A stretch of DNA of 59,310 bases. Origin: Ancylonema sp. Lineage: Eukaryota. The notes below the pieces were generated by a model that was not told the origin of the DNA, did not search any database, and was given only the letters and a program-made list of their open reading frames with translations. How positions within the stretch are numbered: position 1 is the first letter of the stretch; the number at the start of each line of letters is the position of its first letter. Location of the stretch: contig JBFLGF010000144.1 of the NCBI GenBank assembly GCA_050230475.1, forward strand, positions 1 through 59,310. The letters run 5' to 3'. The position numbers and the translations under genes are program-made. Below are positions 1 through 12,275 of the stretch, piece by piece.

Positions 1-295
1 CCTAAAAAGAGAGCTTTAAAATAGATTTCGTATAGCCACTTCTTTCTTGCAGTTCGTCCAACCAGAGGCAGACCCAAAGTCCCCCCCACCTACTTCAGCT
101 GTAAGGTTAATTTAAGGCACGCTTATCTTGTGACAATTAGGATTCACAGTTTCTGGTTTGTTAATTTGCCCTGAGTACCGCACCAACCCTTGCCACCATT
201 ATTATCCACACGACCACATGTCTCCGAAGATTATACAGCCCGGACAAAAAAAAATTCCTTGACCCCTGTCTCCTGAACTCTATATCAAGTCCCAC

Positions 296-1385
296 CTCAG
301 GTCTGAACAAGTTGTTGTCCACGTCATATTGACTGATGACGAGGCGTCCGGTGACACACACGTGACTCCCCGACCTGACGTGGTGGGAAAGGCGCTCAGC
401 AAAATCTACATCATCGTCGGGGGGAAACACGACCAGAAGAAATCTGCAGAGGAATGGGGGGGGGAAGGGAGGGGCATTATACAAAGAGTTAGGTGGGTGA
501 AGTAGGGGGAATGGGGGGGGGGGACAGGGGGGTAAATAATGATTTTTTTATTTTTTTATTTTTATTGTTCTATGTTTCCTCTCGCCTTGGCGCGACACGT
601 GCCGAGGCAACACGTTTGAACAGAGAAGTAGCGCCTGACTTTGCAAACGAGAAATTGGCCGCTCAGGTTCAGTCTGTTGGTTTTATTACTTCTGAGAAAT
701 TGATGTGATGTGTCAACATTAATATTAACATTGACATTAACATCAACATTAACAGTCTGTTAACATTACCATTTGCTGCCAGCTCTTACCCAAGGAATGG
801 GAGATGACCCTGAGCCATTTGCCTGCTCTCATGGAAGTACATGCCTCGTCCCATTACAGAAACAGTTCACCCATAACCGTTTCGCTTCCTGGTATAACAA
901 CCGCCGTGTGGACAGTGAGAACACGAACCCCGAGCACAGTGTATTGCCGACCTGTCAGCACCCGTGGTAGACCGCGGCACTTCAATAACCGCCTCTAGGT
1001 ATGAGGAACCTTCATTCTCGTATTCCAGCTGAGGTTCTTCGCAGAAGACACCCGTTAGGCAAACCTCGTTATCCACAATGTCCCTCTCGTCCACCCTCGG
1101 AAGCGCCATGGCTGAAAATTTTGCGGTGCGCAGTAAGGCATTTTGCTCGGTGGACACGAAGGATCCCCACGAACCGAAGCCATGAGGAGTGAAACGTTTA
1201 GCTTTGGAGCAGTAGAATTGGCGTGGAGAGGAATCGAATAGGTGACGGTTGTGAAGAGTTAGAGAGCGAGTTGTGAAGGTTCTGAGAGGAAGGGAAGGAA
1301 TTGAGGAGGTTCTTGAGGCGAAAAGCCTATTCGAAACGAAGGGACTGATACGAGAGATATGCATCGCGGGTACTCTGAGGGTCAT
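296..1385 (-). CDS. Organellar single-stranded DNA-binding protein (SSB OB-fold, plant OSB-like), 3'-partial. Exons ~1385(or 1364)-952 and 443-296; the gene probably continues off the left edge
   Basis: S/R/T-rich transit-peptide-like N-terminus, then an SSB-like OB fold (DNEVCLTG...LEAVIEV...AERLSHHVRSGSHVCVTGRL). GT donor at 951 and AG acceptor at 444-445 join in frame (D-R-F-L). An acceptor-like ctctctttttag lies at the window edge. Confidence 0.75.
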
Positions 1386-2101
1386 CAGACAATGCGGCCT
1401 GACTGTGCACCCGTACAATGTACACGGGACCTGGTTGTGTACAGAACCGGCTAGGCAGCTGACGCTGGGTCAGCCGCTTCTCCTTGATCCCAGCCCAGGA
1501 CTCCAGCCTTTTCCTAAGTTATTCAACATCCAAGGTCTCTCGAGATTTTACGGGGGAAAAAAACGATAGTAAACGGATAAACAGGTACAAGAGCTTTGCG
1601 CAAAGAGTTGGAAATCAGTCACCTGAAGTGAACTGATCGCAACTTCGGGCCTCGTCGAGCGTTGCGCCAACGCCGATAAAGGCGCAAGCTGGCGCCTCAT
1701 ACGCTGGCGCATCGCTTGTAGGGCACTCGGCGCAACACGTGTCTGCCACTGTTCGTTAGTACGTTTGCCATGTCACGCTAGCGAGCTCAAGAGAACCGCG
1801 AGTGAAACAGAGGAGTGAAGCAAGTTGAGGAAGAAAGTTAACGAAAAAAGAGTACGGTAAACAACCCGTCTCTCCGCATTCCCTTCCAGTGGACACTTAT
1901 GCAGCTGGTCCTATGGCAGGACGGCCGTGAGGAGTTTCATGTGATTCGAAACATTTCGGTGTGGTGACATCTCGGATTTTGATTGACTTTCCAGTGTCCG
2001 AAAGAGCGACGTGGTTAATTTTTGACCTAGTGGTTTCAGCTATTAACTGGCAATTTCGCCACACGCACATCCACCCTGTATTTGGAAAAGGGGTATCACA
2101 A

Positions 2102-4667
2102 ATGAAGACAAACAAGATCATCTACCTGTATGGTTTTCTTATTTCCATCCTGACTTATGTTGCGAGCGGGTCTGAATTCGAGTCTTTGCCGATGGTGGAG
2201 CTCGGGGACGTAAATTTTGAGCACGACACGCAGGCAGCTATGGGCCAGACAACTGGACGATGGTGAGTCATTACGCGGGTGGCATATAACAGCACAGATT
2301 TACGCAGCAATGAGTTGACTGCTGACGATGACATTTCTTTCACTGTTTTATCCTCGTTCTACCACCGCCTGTTGCTGTGCCCGGCAGCTCTGCCATTGGT
2401 TAAGAAATACCGCACCTGTCACTGCCACTTTCAATGAATGCAGTACAGAGCTGAATTGAAACCTCTGTTTCAAAACAGTGGGGGTCAACAATATCGATAT
2501 TGATATTCCCTTCCTACTGCCATCAATTGGCTTCACCTTCCGTCCCCTCACAGCCCCCGCGCGTGGCCTGTTCTGCACCCGTTATAACTGGGTCTGACTG
2601 CACCCTTCTTCCCTCTGGTTTCCCTTGCGGGTGTAGGCTTGTGCTCTTCTCAGACTCGTCACACCCTGCCTCTACAGATACTGAGGGGAGTTTCCAAGAA
2701 GCTTCTGCCAGTGAAGGCAGAGGAGTTCTGTTCGCCAAGGTGGGGCTGTATGGACTGGTGGGGCTCTGACTGTACTGTACTGGTGGGGGGGGGGAGAACG
2801 TAAGAAACGAAAAAACTCAGTAGATTTGTTGGAGAATTTTGAATCTTGAATCTTGGATCTTGGATATGGGATCGATTTTCTGCTTCTGCGGTAAGGTGAT
2901 TATCGGATTAACTTTATCTAATATTGATCTGCAACAGGAAATACTGGCTGTATGTATCTGTATACATTCGTGCATATGGAAACTTTAATCTCAACAGGCT
3001 CATCTCATAATGCACCTCTCGTTTGGCACCACATGTGACACATCCGTGTTCAACCCCGTGATTGGTGTCCGTGTCGGTGTCCGTGTCAGTGTCCGTGTCG
3101 GTTTCCGTGTCAGTGTCCGTGTCGGTGTCCGTGTCGGTGTCCGTGTCGGTGTCCGTGTCAGTGTCCGTGTCCGTGTCTGTGTCGGTGTCTAGTCGGTGTC
3201 GCAAAGCAAGTATATGGCAGCAAATTGGGTTCTGATTTACTTTTGTGGCAACAAAAACGTTGACAAAGACCTCCTAAGGCCCATCCATGAAATCAGTCGA
3301 ATGGTGACTTGATCACATTACGTACCTTTTTCCAAGAATAATATCCCCTCCCACCCCCCCCCACCCCCCCGCGCAAAGAAAGACGAAGTATTTTATTGAT
3401 CAAGTATGGTGCACTACTGAAGACATGCATTCTTTCGCCCTTTTCCCGCCCCTTGTCCTTGGAACCTTGTTTCTCTTCCCAGGTGGATGTGGGCACAAAC
3501 CCCAACTTGAGAAAGCGGTTTGATGTGAACGCAGGCCCCAAATTGATCTTGTTCCGAGACCGTAAAATGTATCTGTGTGGATCCGGTTGCGGGTCAGAAG
3601 CGGATATCGTCACATTCGTTGAGGTGGGGAAAGGCACCGAAGTTTGGGACAATATCTTTTGTGTGTAGGGTTCTGATTCACAAGACACACCAAGGCACGC
3701 GGGACCATGGTGTTGAGTGGTTGTGCTTATATTTCAGAAGAAAAGAAAAATGAAAAAGTTGGAAAAAAAGAAGAAGAGAAGAAAAAAACACGGGTGGTTT
3801 ACATGTGTTTCAAGAGGGTACTCTGGGGGCGTGCAAGACCTCATAATCCCCAATGTAAAAAACATGAGGCCCGTTTTTTTGTTTTTTGTTTTTTGAAGCG
3901 TTTCCACACACTTTTTTTTTTGTTTTGTTTTTTTTGTTATAAGTATATATATAGATATATAGATATATACACATCTGGATTAGTGACCTCGAGGGTGTTC
4001 TTGTGCTTGTCCAGGGCGGCTACCGCTCCGCTGACGTCAGCATTGTGCCACCAGAGCCATCTCCCTTGGACTATCTGCAAAAGTGGGCGGCAGAGGAGTA
4101 TGCGAGGGTGGTGGAGGTGAGGAAGGGGGATCGCAACTATGTCGCGTGTGTGAACGTGCAACCGTATTGGCCGTGGGAGAACATACGTGGCATTAGGAAT
4201 GAGGGATTTTGGGCAAGGATCCGTAATGGAGGACTTAGGATACCAGTCTGGGGATATGTGCATGTTTGTTGGTACCGTTTTTCTCTACATTGTTTCGAGA
4301 GTTGTTGCAACAGAGTCGTTTGACTAGAGCCATGCATCCTTCGATATGTGTGCGTTCCCCCATTTGTCATTGACTTTTGCAGCTGGCCAAATGTCGTTGA
4401 CTTGTATTGCGGACGTGTTTTTTCGATTGTGCTTGATATAAACACAGAGGGATCTAGGAATCTTCCGACTATTTTTTTATTTTATATTCCCCCCTCCCCC
4501 CCTCCCCCTTGCAGTATCTCATGGCTCGGCCAGTCGTTCTCGCCGTCTTGGGGGGGTCGGTGGCGATGGCGAGTTATGCAATTACAGCACGGGTGTTGGG
4601 GCTTCGAGAGGTGTCGAAAAAGGCACAATTTGTTTCAAGAAAGCGTTCGCACCCGAAGAATGAGTAA
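2102..4667 (+). CDS. Thioredoxin-fold membrane protein with signal peptide and C-terminal TM, lacking CxxC. Exons 2102-2262, 2637-2739, 3483-3623, 4015-4116, 4515-4667
   Basis: Family motifs VELGDVNFEHDTQAAMGQTTGRW, AKVDVGTNPNLRKRFDV, PKLILFRDRKMY and GGY...VPPEPSP. All four GT-AG introns keep the frame. Hydrophobic N-terminus and hydrophobic segment VVLAVLGGSVAMASYAI. Confidence 0.85.
3066..3200. repeat. (GTCCGT/GTCGGT)n hexamer microsatellite in intron 2 of the thioredoxin gene
   Basis: Directly visible tandem array of about 22 units; it creates the spurious DTDTDT ORF. Confidence 0.95.
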
Positions 4668-5377
4668 AGGGCATGAGACGGGGAGCGGTGTCAAGGGACA
4701 CATGCGCCCGATGCGATCTCTTTTTTTGTTATATATGTTGCGGTACTACGAGGGTTTGGTTCAAGCATGTTCCATACAAGTGTCAATTTTTTTACTTACT
4801 GTGACGGTTCTATCGCATGCATTACAACGTGGATGAAGGACTTAGCACGTACGTGTGCACGTTACTTTAAATGTCTCACTTTAAACGGGGACAGCATCCA
4901 TAAATCTACGACTTTTTTTTGTGGGTGATGTTGTCACATATATACTATCACTACTACCTTCCATGCGCGCATTTCATTTCTTCTTCATTTGATTTTTTCT
5001 TCTCTAAATAAAGTGCACCACTGGGCTTGCTTTGAAAAAACTTTCAAATACAAATAGTGTTCCCGATATTCTCTACATTCCTTTCATTTTTAAATTGCTA
5101 TGATTGGGAGATTTGCAATGAGCAACGAGAACTCAAGCATGATTTAGCTTATGTGCCATACATCGTCAGGGATACAAAGGTAAAGTTAATCAACGGGGCG
5201 ACCATCGTCAGGGAGAGTGCCCAGCGAAGGCAATCGTTGGGCACTCTCCCCTTAGCGCCCTGTCACACCATCAATGTCTGTAAGCAAGGCATTAAGAAAG
5301 GAAACCTAGGTCGCACGTCGAACAACCATAAGCGTTTGCGATCAGTGCTTATCTCCGGGAGGCTACGAATAGCGCAG

Positions 5378-5581
5378 GTTGAATGGTCCCTTGATTGCAA
5401 AACCGAATGCGGGGAGTCGCCGGTCTGCGACGCCGCAGGGACCGTCTTCTTTGTAGACACTTTTGGCGGCAAAATACTATGGTACAACTCTGTCAACGGC
5501 GCTCACAAGTATGTATCGACACCACATAAAGTTGGGTGCATAGTACCGCGAGCAGGTGGAAGTCTTGTAGCTGCGTTGGAG
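5378..5581 (+). pseudogene. Isolated exon of an SMP-30/gluconolactonase (regucalcin) family gene
   Basis: VEWSLDCKTECGESPVCDAAGTVFFVDTFGGKILWYN...VGCIVPRAGGSLVAALE matches the family N-terminal GE(S/G)PxW...FVD pattern. It is bounded by cag| and |gtggga (204 nt, phase 0). No further exons were found nearby. Confidence 0.7.
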
Positions 5582-5946
5582 GTGGGATCCCGATTTCGAC
5601 GTGTGTCACTTGGAACGATAGGTCTGTAGGACCTCAGAACGTCGTGATGAACGATATGCTCTCATTCGCGTTTTTTCACTCGCTCGTTTCTACATAGAAA
5701 CGCGTTTCTCGCGTTTCTGCCATCAGCTGTAGGATTATGTAAGCCCGATACTATCTGGTAACCCGTGTACCCGCCTGCGCACATATGAGAAAATCATAGC
5801 GAATCGCGAACGAGATGTGTTATGATTGAACCTGTCAGAGAGTCAGCTGCAGTGCGCTTGGTGCAAGTTTGAATGACGATCCGAACGGATGTAATTGATA
5901 TGATCGCAGCCTCCCTGAAAAGTTAATCAACGAGGCGACCTAGGAC

Positions 5947-6322
5947 CATAGTTGCATGGGCAGGCAGACTGGGGTTCCGATAACCCGGTTCCGGACGGAG
6001 GTCCGTCCTTCTAAGCCAAAACGCCGGACCGGCGGCAGCAAGATACTTTCGTTTTTTTTCGGGATTTTAAAAAGGTTTACCGTGGAGGGAAAAAATGCGA
6101 AAAGCTCCATTTTGTTTCTCATTTTGGCTTGTGCATCGTGCAAAATGAAATAAAAATGTACTCCTTCAAATTTCCCCGACATGTCCACACTGTCACGTAT
6201 TTCCCCTCGAAATTTGCCGGGGGGGATAAAACTAATAGATCCCCGGTCCGACGAGGTCCCGACTCCGGACCCGGTCCGACCGTGGTCCGGAAATGCAAAT
6301 CTTGCCGGTCCGTGCAAGTGTG
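5947..6322 (-). mobile_element. Short, older, internally deleted copy of the hAT-type MITE family, in inverted orientation
   Basis: Ends CATAGTTGCATG...CGTGCAAGTGTG and GGACCG/GGTCCG subterminal motifs are shared with the 17730 and 51050 copies. Degenerate 8-bp TSD CCTAGGAC/CTTAGAAC (6/8 match). Confidence 0.8.
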
Positions 6323-6946
6323 CTTAGAACTTTCTTCTCATGTAGAAATAAGGTGGAGGCAAGGTGTCATGCTGGTAGAGATCGTTATATAAAAAAAATC
6401 ATCTTTTTAATTGAGTTTCGAACATTGTCAATTTTCGTCGTTATAAACGACAAGTCTTGTAATAAGAACTTCGCAGTCTTTAACGTGAGATAATGTGATA
6501 ACGTGATTTAACGTTATGATTTTAATACATCCTGTACATCAAGAAAATCAGAAGCAACTCCACGTATACTAGTCTGTCGATCAATGTGATTGATTTCACT
6601 ACGCGCCGAGTCGGCCCGTCAAAATAGCCATTCAATCCAAAAACATTTATCCGTTTCATATTGAACTGCGCTATTTCGCGTACGTTTGCCTGCAACTTCT
6701 TTTCATCGAATTGCTGTGATTCTTTGATGTTTGAACTTGAGTATTCACCTCTTCACATCATTAGAATTCATGAGATCGTTTTGCGTAATGCGAAGCTACA
6801 TTCACTTTCTGCAATCAATGCTAAAAAGTCATCGCTAATTGCCCTACACTATGTTATTTATACTGTCGCGAGTTGTGAGATTAAATAGATGCGATGTTTG
6901 ATTAACCATTCGTTGTTTACTCAGACCTCACAACGGGTCTCGGTAA

Positions 6947-7191
6947 GTGCTTAGACAACTTCATAACCGGGCCATAAAAGGCACAATGTCCAATATGGGA
7001 CTTGGAAAGCACGGATACAATGTATACCAAGATGCCGTTCCCTAACACTTTCCCCCCCTCAAGGGGTTCGCGTCCCTAGAAATCGGGGGTGTTAGGGAAT
7101 GGCATCTTGGTATATATTGTATCCGTGCTTTCCAAGTCCCATCTTGGACATTGTGCCTTTTATGGCCCGGTTACGAAGTTGTCTAAAGCAC
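6947..7191. repeat. Long near-perfect inverted repeat (arms ~6947-7048 and ~7089-7191, ~40-bp loop); foldback element or hairpin-RNA locus
   Basis: The arms are reverse complements over ~100 bp with about 4 mismatches and 1 indel. Confidence 0.9.
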
Positions 7192-8608
7192 GGTCCGGCA
7201 ACGGTCGTAACAATTTTTATCACTTGACACCAAATCAACACATCACTTTATAGAGACCAAATGAGGACTATGAGAGATGCAACTTCATCTTTTGCAAGTG
7301 AGAAATGAGATATCGAAAGGAAGTGAATTTAGGTATCGGATCACTTTAGCAGCGGTGTACTTTTAAGTGGAGGTGGCTCATCTAAACGGCATTTGTTATT
7401 ATATCCCCTCGCTACGCTGAAACTTGTATAGATGACTAACGTCGGTACCCGGAAAAAAAATCAAAAGACAATCTGTTCTTTTACACGTCAAATTTAGGGT
7501 GACAACCCGAAATCGGGCGTAAGACTATTTCTTAAATTAGACAGGTTATGAACTTTCATAGCATAAAGAAAGACAAGTTTCACTACATCGTGACATCGCA
7601 CTATTATACTCCGTGATTTTTTGGTCACTGTAATGTATGTCATTGCAGCCATTGTTACTACATACAGTAGGTTTTTATATAGGATTAGAAATAGGGCGAA
7701 AAGCAAATGTCAATGAAATGTCAACGAAATGATAAATGCAAACTCCACACAAACCCCACTATCAAATATATCAAAATGTTGGGTTAAATGTTTCTTATGG
7801 CGAATATTTATTATACTGTGTATAAGAAACTTTTTGAACTTTTTCCTTTGTGGACGTGAAATACTTGAATGATTCAAGTTGAAACCTCAGTCAACATGTG
7901 TATCAAATTGTACTTGAATCTTTCAAGATGAAAGTAGTTCCGCTCCCACATGCGCAATTTCTACTTAAGGACACGCTTTTGTGTATTGATTGACCGTGTT
8001 CACACATACGGAAACCACGCCCGTGATCACGTTACTCCATGAAATACAAACTCTCGCCGATAAACGATGTTGTTACACAACATTTTTTTAAAAAGATATT
8101 GTGATGATCCTTGAAAAACGAGCATGTGCGATAACCACGTTTTCTTGCTTTCGTGGCAAGGGTGGAAAGTCTTACGTTTAGTACATATGTTAACACACTA
8201 GAGGTAGTACATTTGAGGTTCAAAGCCAAGAGAACTCCCGTGTAACACAGACCAGAGAACGTAAGAAAGCCACAATTTCATAACAGACGACCATTGACAT
8301 CATTCATCCGTGCTAAGTGTGCCGACTTTCGACATGAACAAAGACTTGACACCATCGATTTTGGCCTAGAATATGCCATTTTCTAGTATGCACCTATTCT
8401 CCTTGCCAGATCGTCGTTTCCGCTCGTGCACCCTAAGCTGCAAAGGGCCAACACCGCAAGTCGCATGGTGATAATTTTTTTTGGCAAAGACAATCATTAG
8501 CGACTCAAACAACTCAACCTTGATCAATAAGGTCCATACAAGGCAAAAGGAATAAGGCCTATGGCATATATATATAAGGATTTAAAAAAGTGAGCTTGCC
8601 AATTGTTT

Positions 8609-9976
8609 TTAATCGCACAAGAAATATAATACAGGAGTAAGAAGTTGGCAATCGGACGTACCCACAATCGCGTATGCAAACCAGATTTGGTCACTTGCGT
8701 TGAACACCAAGCCGTCTTTGGCCTTGTCATTCCAGAAACGAACCAAGTTTGCCACCTTCCCCTTCGTCCTCGGGGGAGATCGCGGCAGACAATTCACATC
8801 CCTCACTTTCAGCAGGTTGATTGGCGGGGCAAACTTTTGTTGTTCTTCACAAACTATATTGGAAGGCAACTTGTTTAAACACCTTTTTCGCACAGGCCTT
8901 CCTATAGTGACTCCCCTCAACGCGCTTAACAATTCTTTCTTCCACCGTCTCAGCTTCACAAACGATGCTCCTAACATCGCTTCACTCTCTAGCCTAGTTA
9001 GCAGTGTCATTTCTTTCTGCTCCCATTGCTCTGCGTCCTCCCACAAACAACTAGACTGGTTTTCAAACAAATTTTGGAGGGTGATCAGGTTCTTTTCGAC
9101 GTCCCCAAGCTTGCTTTTCTTCACAGTACGGCGGGTCTCCTCCCGCATTGTTGCCACGGAGGCGGCCTTTGGTCTGGTTGCTATCGCCCACTCCCTCCGT
9201 AATTGTGCAATGATTGCACACTTGGTCATGGTCTCAAATGTGTTAACATGTGTTGCTCTGTGCTCTTCGTGTCGTTGCTCTACCTTCGCCAACTCCGACT
9301 CAAGCTCTGACACCTGATACACACCAAAACATTCACTACAGTTAGGCCCTCTATGCGAGTCCAAAAGAAGACCATGAACCGTGACCAAAACACTCAATAC
9401 TAAAAAAAAAAACCATGTTACCAGGACCAACAACCGAAGTAGGACCAAACTATAATTTCGATGGGAACCCCAACCTGTACTAGAGCCAGAACCAGGGCCA
9501 TGGTAATAAGTACCAAGACTGGGACCACGCCTTCGAAGATAACATATTCTTTTAGGTCACGAAAATTAGATCCGCGAACCAGGGAATGGAACCCAGAAAC
9601 CAATGATCGGTACCACAACAAGAATCAAGAAGTTGACGAAGAGCCAAGAAGCCGTACAAGAGTCGGTTTCGAGCCCGCTTACGATAGCACGTGCGTCGGA
9701 GAGCAAGCCTCTCACCAACGAAAGAAAAGAACTTACCTTCTGCAATCTCCTCATTTCTTTCTTGGAAGGTGTTGGAGAAGAAGGAGGAGGCCTCTTCGCT
9801 TCCCTCTCCGCGTGCGCGGCCTCCAAGGTTGCGTTCGACTCTAGGCACGTGATAGCCACATCTATGATGAGGTTCGCTTCTTCTCGCTTTCGGTCTTCGT
9901 CGCACCCACTTGTCGCGGCCACGACTAGAAAGTAGTCGCGCACCTTCGCGACATGTTTTTTTTGCGACAGCGACAA
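8609..9976 (-). CDS. Unknown spliced coiled-coil gene, possibly a pseudogene. Exons ~9976-9737 and 9313-8609
   Basis: Strong donor AAG|GTAAGT (9736) and acceptor tatcag| (9314) join in phase 0 to give KKEMRRLQK|VSELESELAKVEQRHEEH. The same frame continues upstream to 10252 through two TAG stops. No family recognised. Confidence 0.45.
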
Positions 9977-12119
9977 GGACCCATGACTCTCGTTTTTTTT
10001 TGTACGAACGCGACTGGACTACCCCTATTGTTGCAGTGTGAGTGGGCTAACCGTCTTCTTAAAATCCCATATTCTCTGCAAGTGGGACACGTATTTGTGA
10101 GGAAAGCTAAAGAAGAGTGGTGATTTGCCATGGCGCGGTGTGCCATGTTGAGTAGAGGCAATGTTGCGTTTGGAAGACTTGAGTTTGCGTTGAGAGCGGG
10201 TTGGAGCAAAGAAGCCTAGGATTGAAGCAAGTACGAAAGAAGACTCCGACATACTGGAAGTGTTATCGGAATGCCGGGAATATATATTGTGGCCAGATGC
10301 GAAGCGAACAAGAAAGCATCGCAGAGATGCGCAGCTACCGAAGGCAGCATATGTCTAGTCACGTGTGGCTGTGTGTGGCGGGGTGTCGGAGGGCTGGTCA
10401 ATGTCGGGTGGCGCTCGTAACGACCTGCTGGATACACTGATTTAATTCGTTCACTTCGCTGGAGCGATAATAGGCCGACACGGTGGACACGGTCGGCATG
10501 CCCTTAGTGGATACGTCACCAGATCCTGCGGTCCCCGACCACCTGTGAGGTACCGGACGTGGTTGCGTTGATCCAGTCCGTCCTTTTCTCAGGGCTGCAG
10601 CACCCTGCCTCTCGAAAGTTCCAAAATCTCAACCAATGGGCATGTGACATGTGGCATACGGCATTACAGGTGCGGATGTTGACCGCCTGACCTCATCGTC
10701 AAGCTTCTTTTCAGATCACCATGGATCGTTGGATCAACTCTTGGGGGCATCGGATGGATTCCAGTGCGATCTCGATATTCGCATAAACCTCGATACAATA
10801 CACCTCGATATAAGAAACTTCTCGCTGAAATAAACTGTTTTCTCACAAGTAATTTTCCTCCGGTACAATAAAATTTAAAAAATGGATTTTTAATGTCGCG
10901 GGTTTCTTACAAGCAATAGTACCCCTATAACTTATCATTCCCTTGATAAATAGTGAACTTTAGAAAGAAAAGGGAAAGGATAAGAAGTTCAAAGTTTTAA
11001 AGTTTTCCATTTTCTTCAAAAATCTGCCGATTTTCAGTTTTTGCGAATTTCATTGACAAGTGTCATGTCGACTCCATGCGGCACGTCAAAGACTTACCAA
11101 GTGTATTCGATGTAGGGGACCTTAGTGGGGATTATGGTACATGTTGCACAAGACCCTTCCCCAAATCTAAAAAATTGATGACAGTGTGTTTTTTTTTAAG
11201 CCACGCTAATCCTTAAATCTTTGTGCAAGTAGAGCCGAAACACATTGTCATGTATTTAATATAGTACATTTTTTTTTAAACAGAAAAGTAAGCTCCAACT
11301 CAATTTTTTCTACAACTTGTAGCCTCAAGAACGCTCGAATATAGTGGCATATGCTCATAATTAAAGCTTATCGACGTCTGTGACCTTGCTCGACTATTAA
11401 GTATCCAGTTTCTCCTCCGTTCAGCCCTGCTGATGTCCATTGATACCATCATCCACTACACAACACATGTGCAAGAATCCACTCAGTTCACTCGACCTGA
11501 ATTACACGACAAAGAGGCGACAATTCTCTCGTGAATGAATTGATTTAGCGAACAGACGGGTCTGCCTCACATATCTATAATGTACAGATTCCTGAATGTT
11601 CTAGTGGCGAATCTTAGTTATGCGGCGCCGCTATCGTGTGTCAAAGTATATCTTTGTCTAGTCACTAGTTATCCACTCCCAACTAGCATATATCGATAAG
11701 TATCCCGTCTACTCGTTTATTGGTCCACGCTATGTCTATCTTGACTGACTAGACATGGGCGCATTTTATCTTCACCTTTATAACCCTTTATAATCAGATC
11801 GTCCCCGCTAAGTCAAAGCCCCCCTAATTAATTCCCTTTCAATACATCCAATATTCCCGATATAACAAAGATTCCGCGAATCATCCGCCGGCCAATTAAT
11901 CGTGCCCCCAATTCATATCGACAAATAATCCCGCAACGTGTCATTTACAAATATCTTCAATAGCATCAATAACGAACAAACAAAAAGTCTTGATGGTTCA
12001 TCCCGGCCCTCTCACTTCGTTAAATTCTACATGTATTATTAATTTGATAATGATATTATGTGGTGAGAAGCTCAATAAGATCCTCACAAAATCTCGTAAA
12101 CATAACAAAGCCACCAAAG

Positions 12120-12134
12120 AACAACACCACCACC

Positions 12135-12166
<32 letters not shown>

Positions 12167-12175
12167 CAACAACAT

Positions 12176-12229
<54 letters not shown>

Positions 12230-12275
12230 CGACGACAACAAAAACAAAAAAAACAAAAAAAACAAAAAAAAAATC
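12120..12275. repeat. Compound (CAC)n/(CAA)n/(CAAAAAAAA)n microsatellite
   Basis: Directly visible. Confidence 0.95.

Noticed and set aside
8032..8229. RTCSFFKDHHNI, a Zn-knuckle-like remnant
   Set aside because: Ligands are incomplete and there is no supporting transposase sequence.
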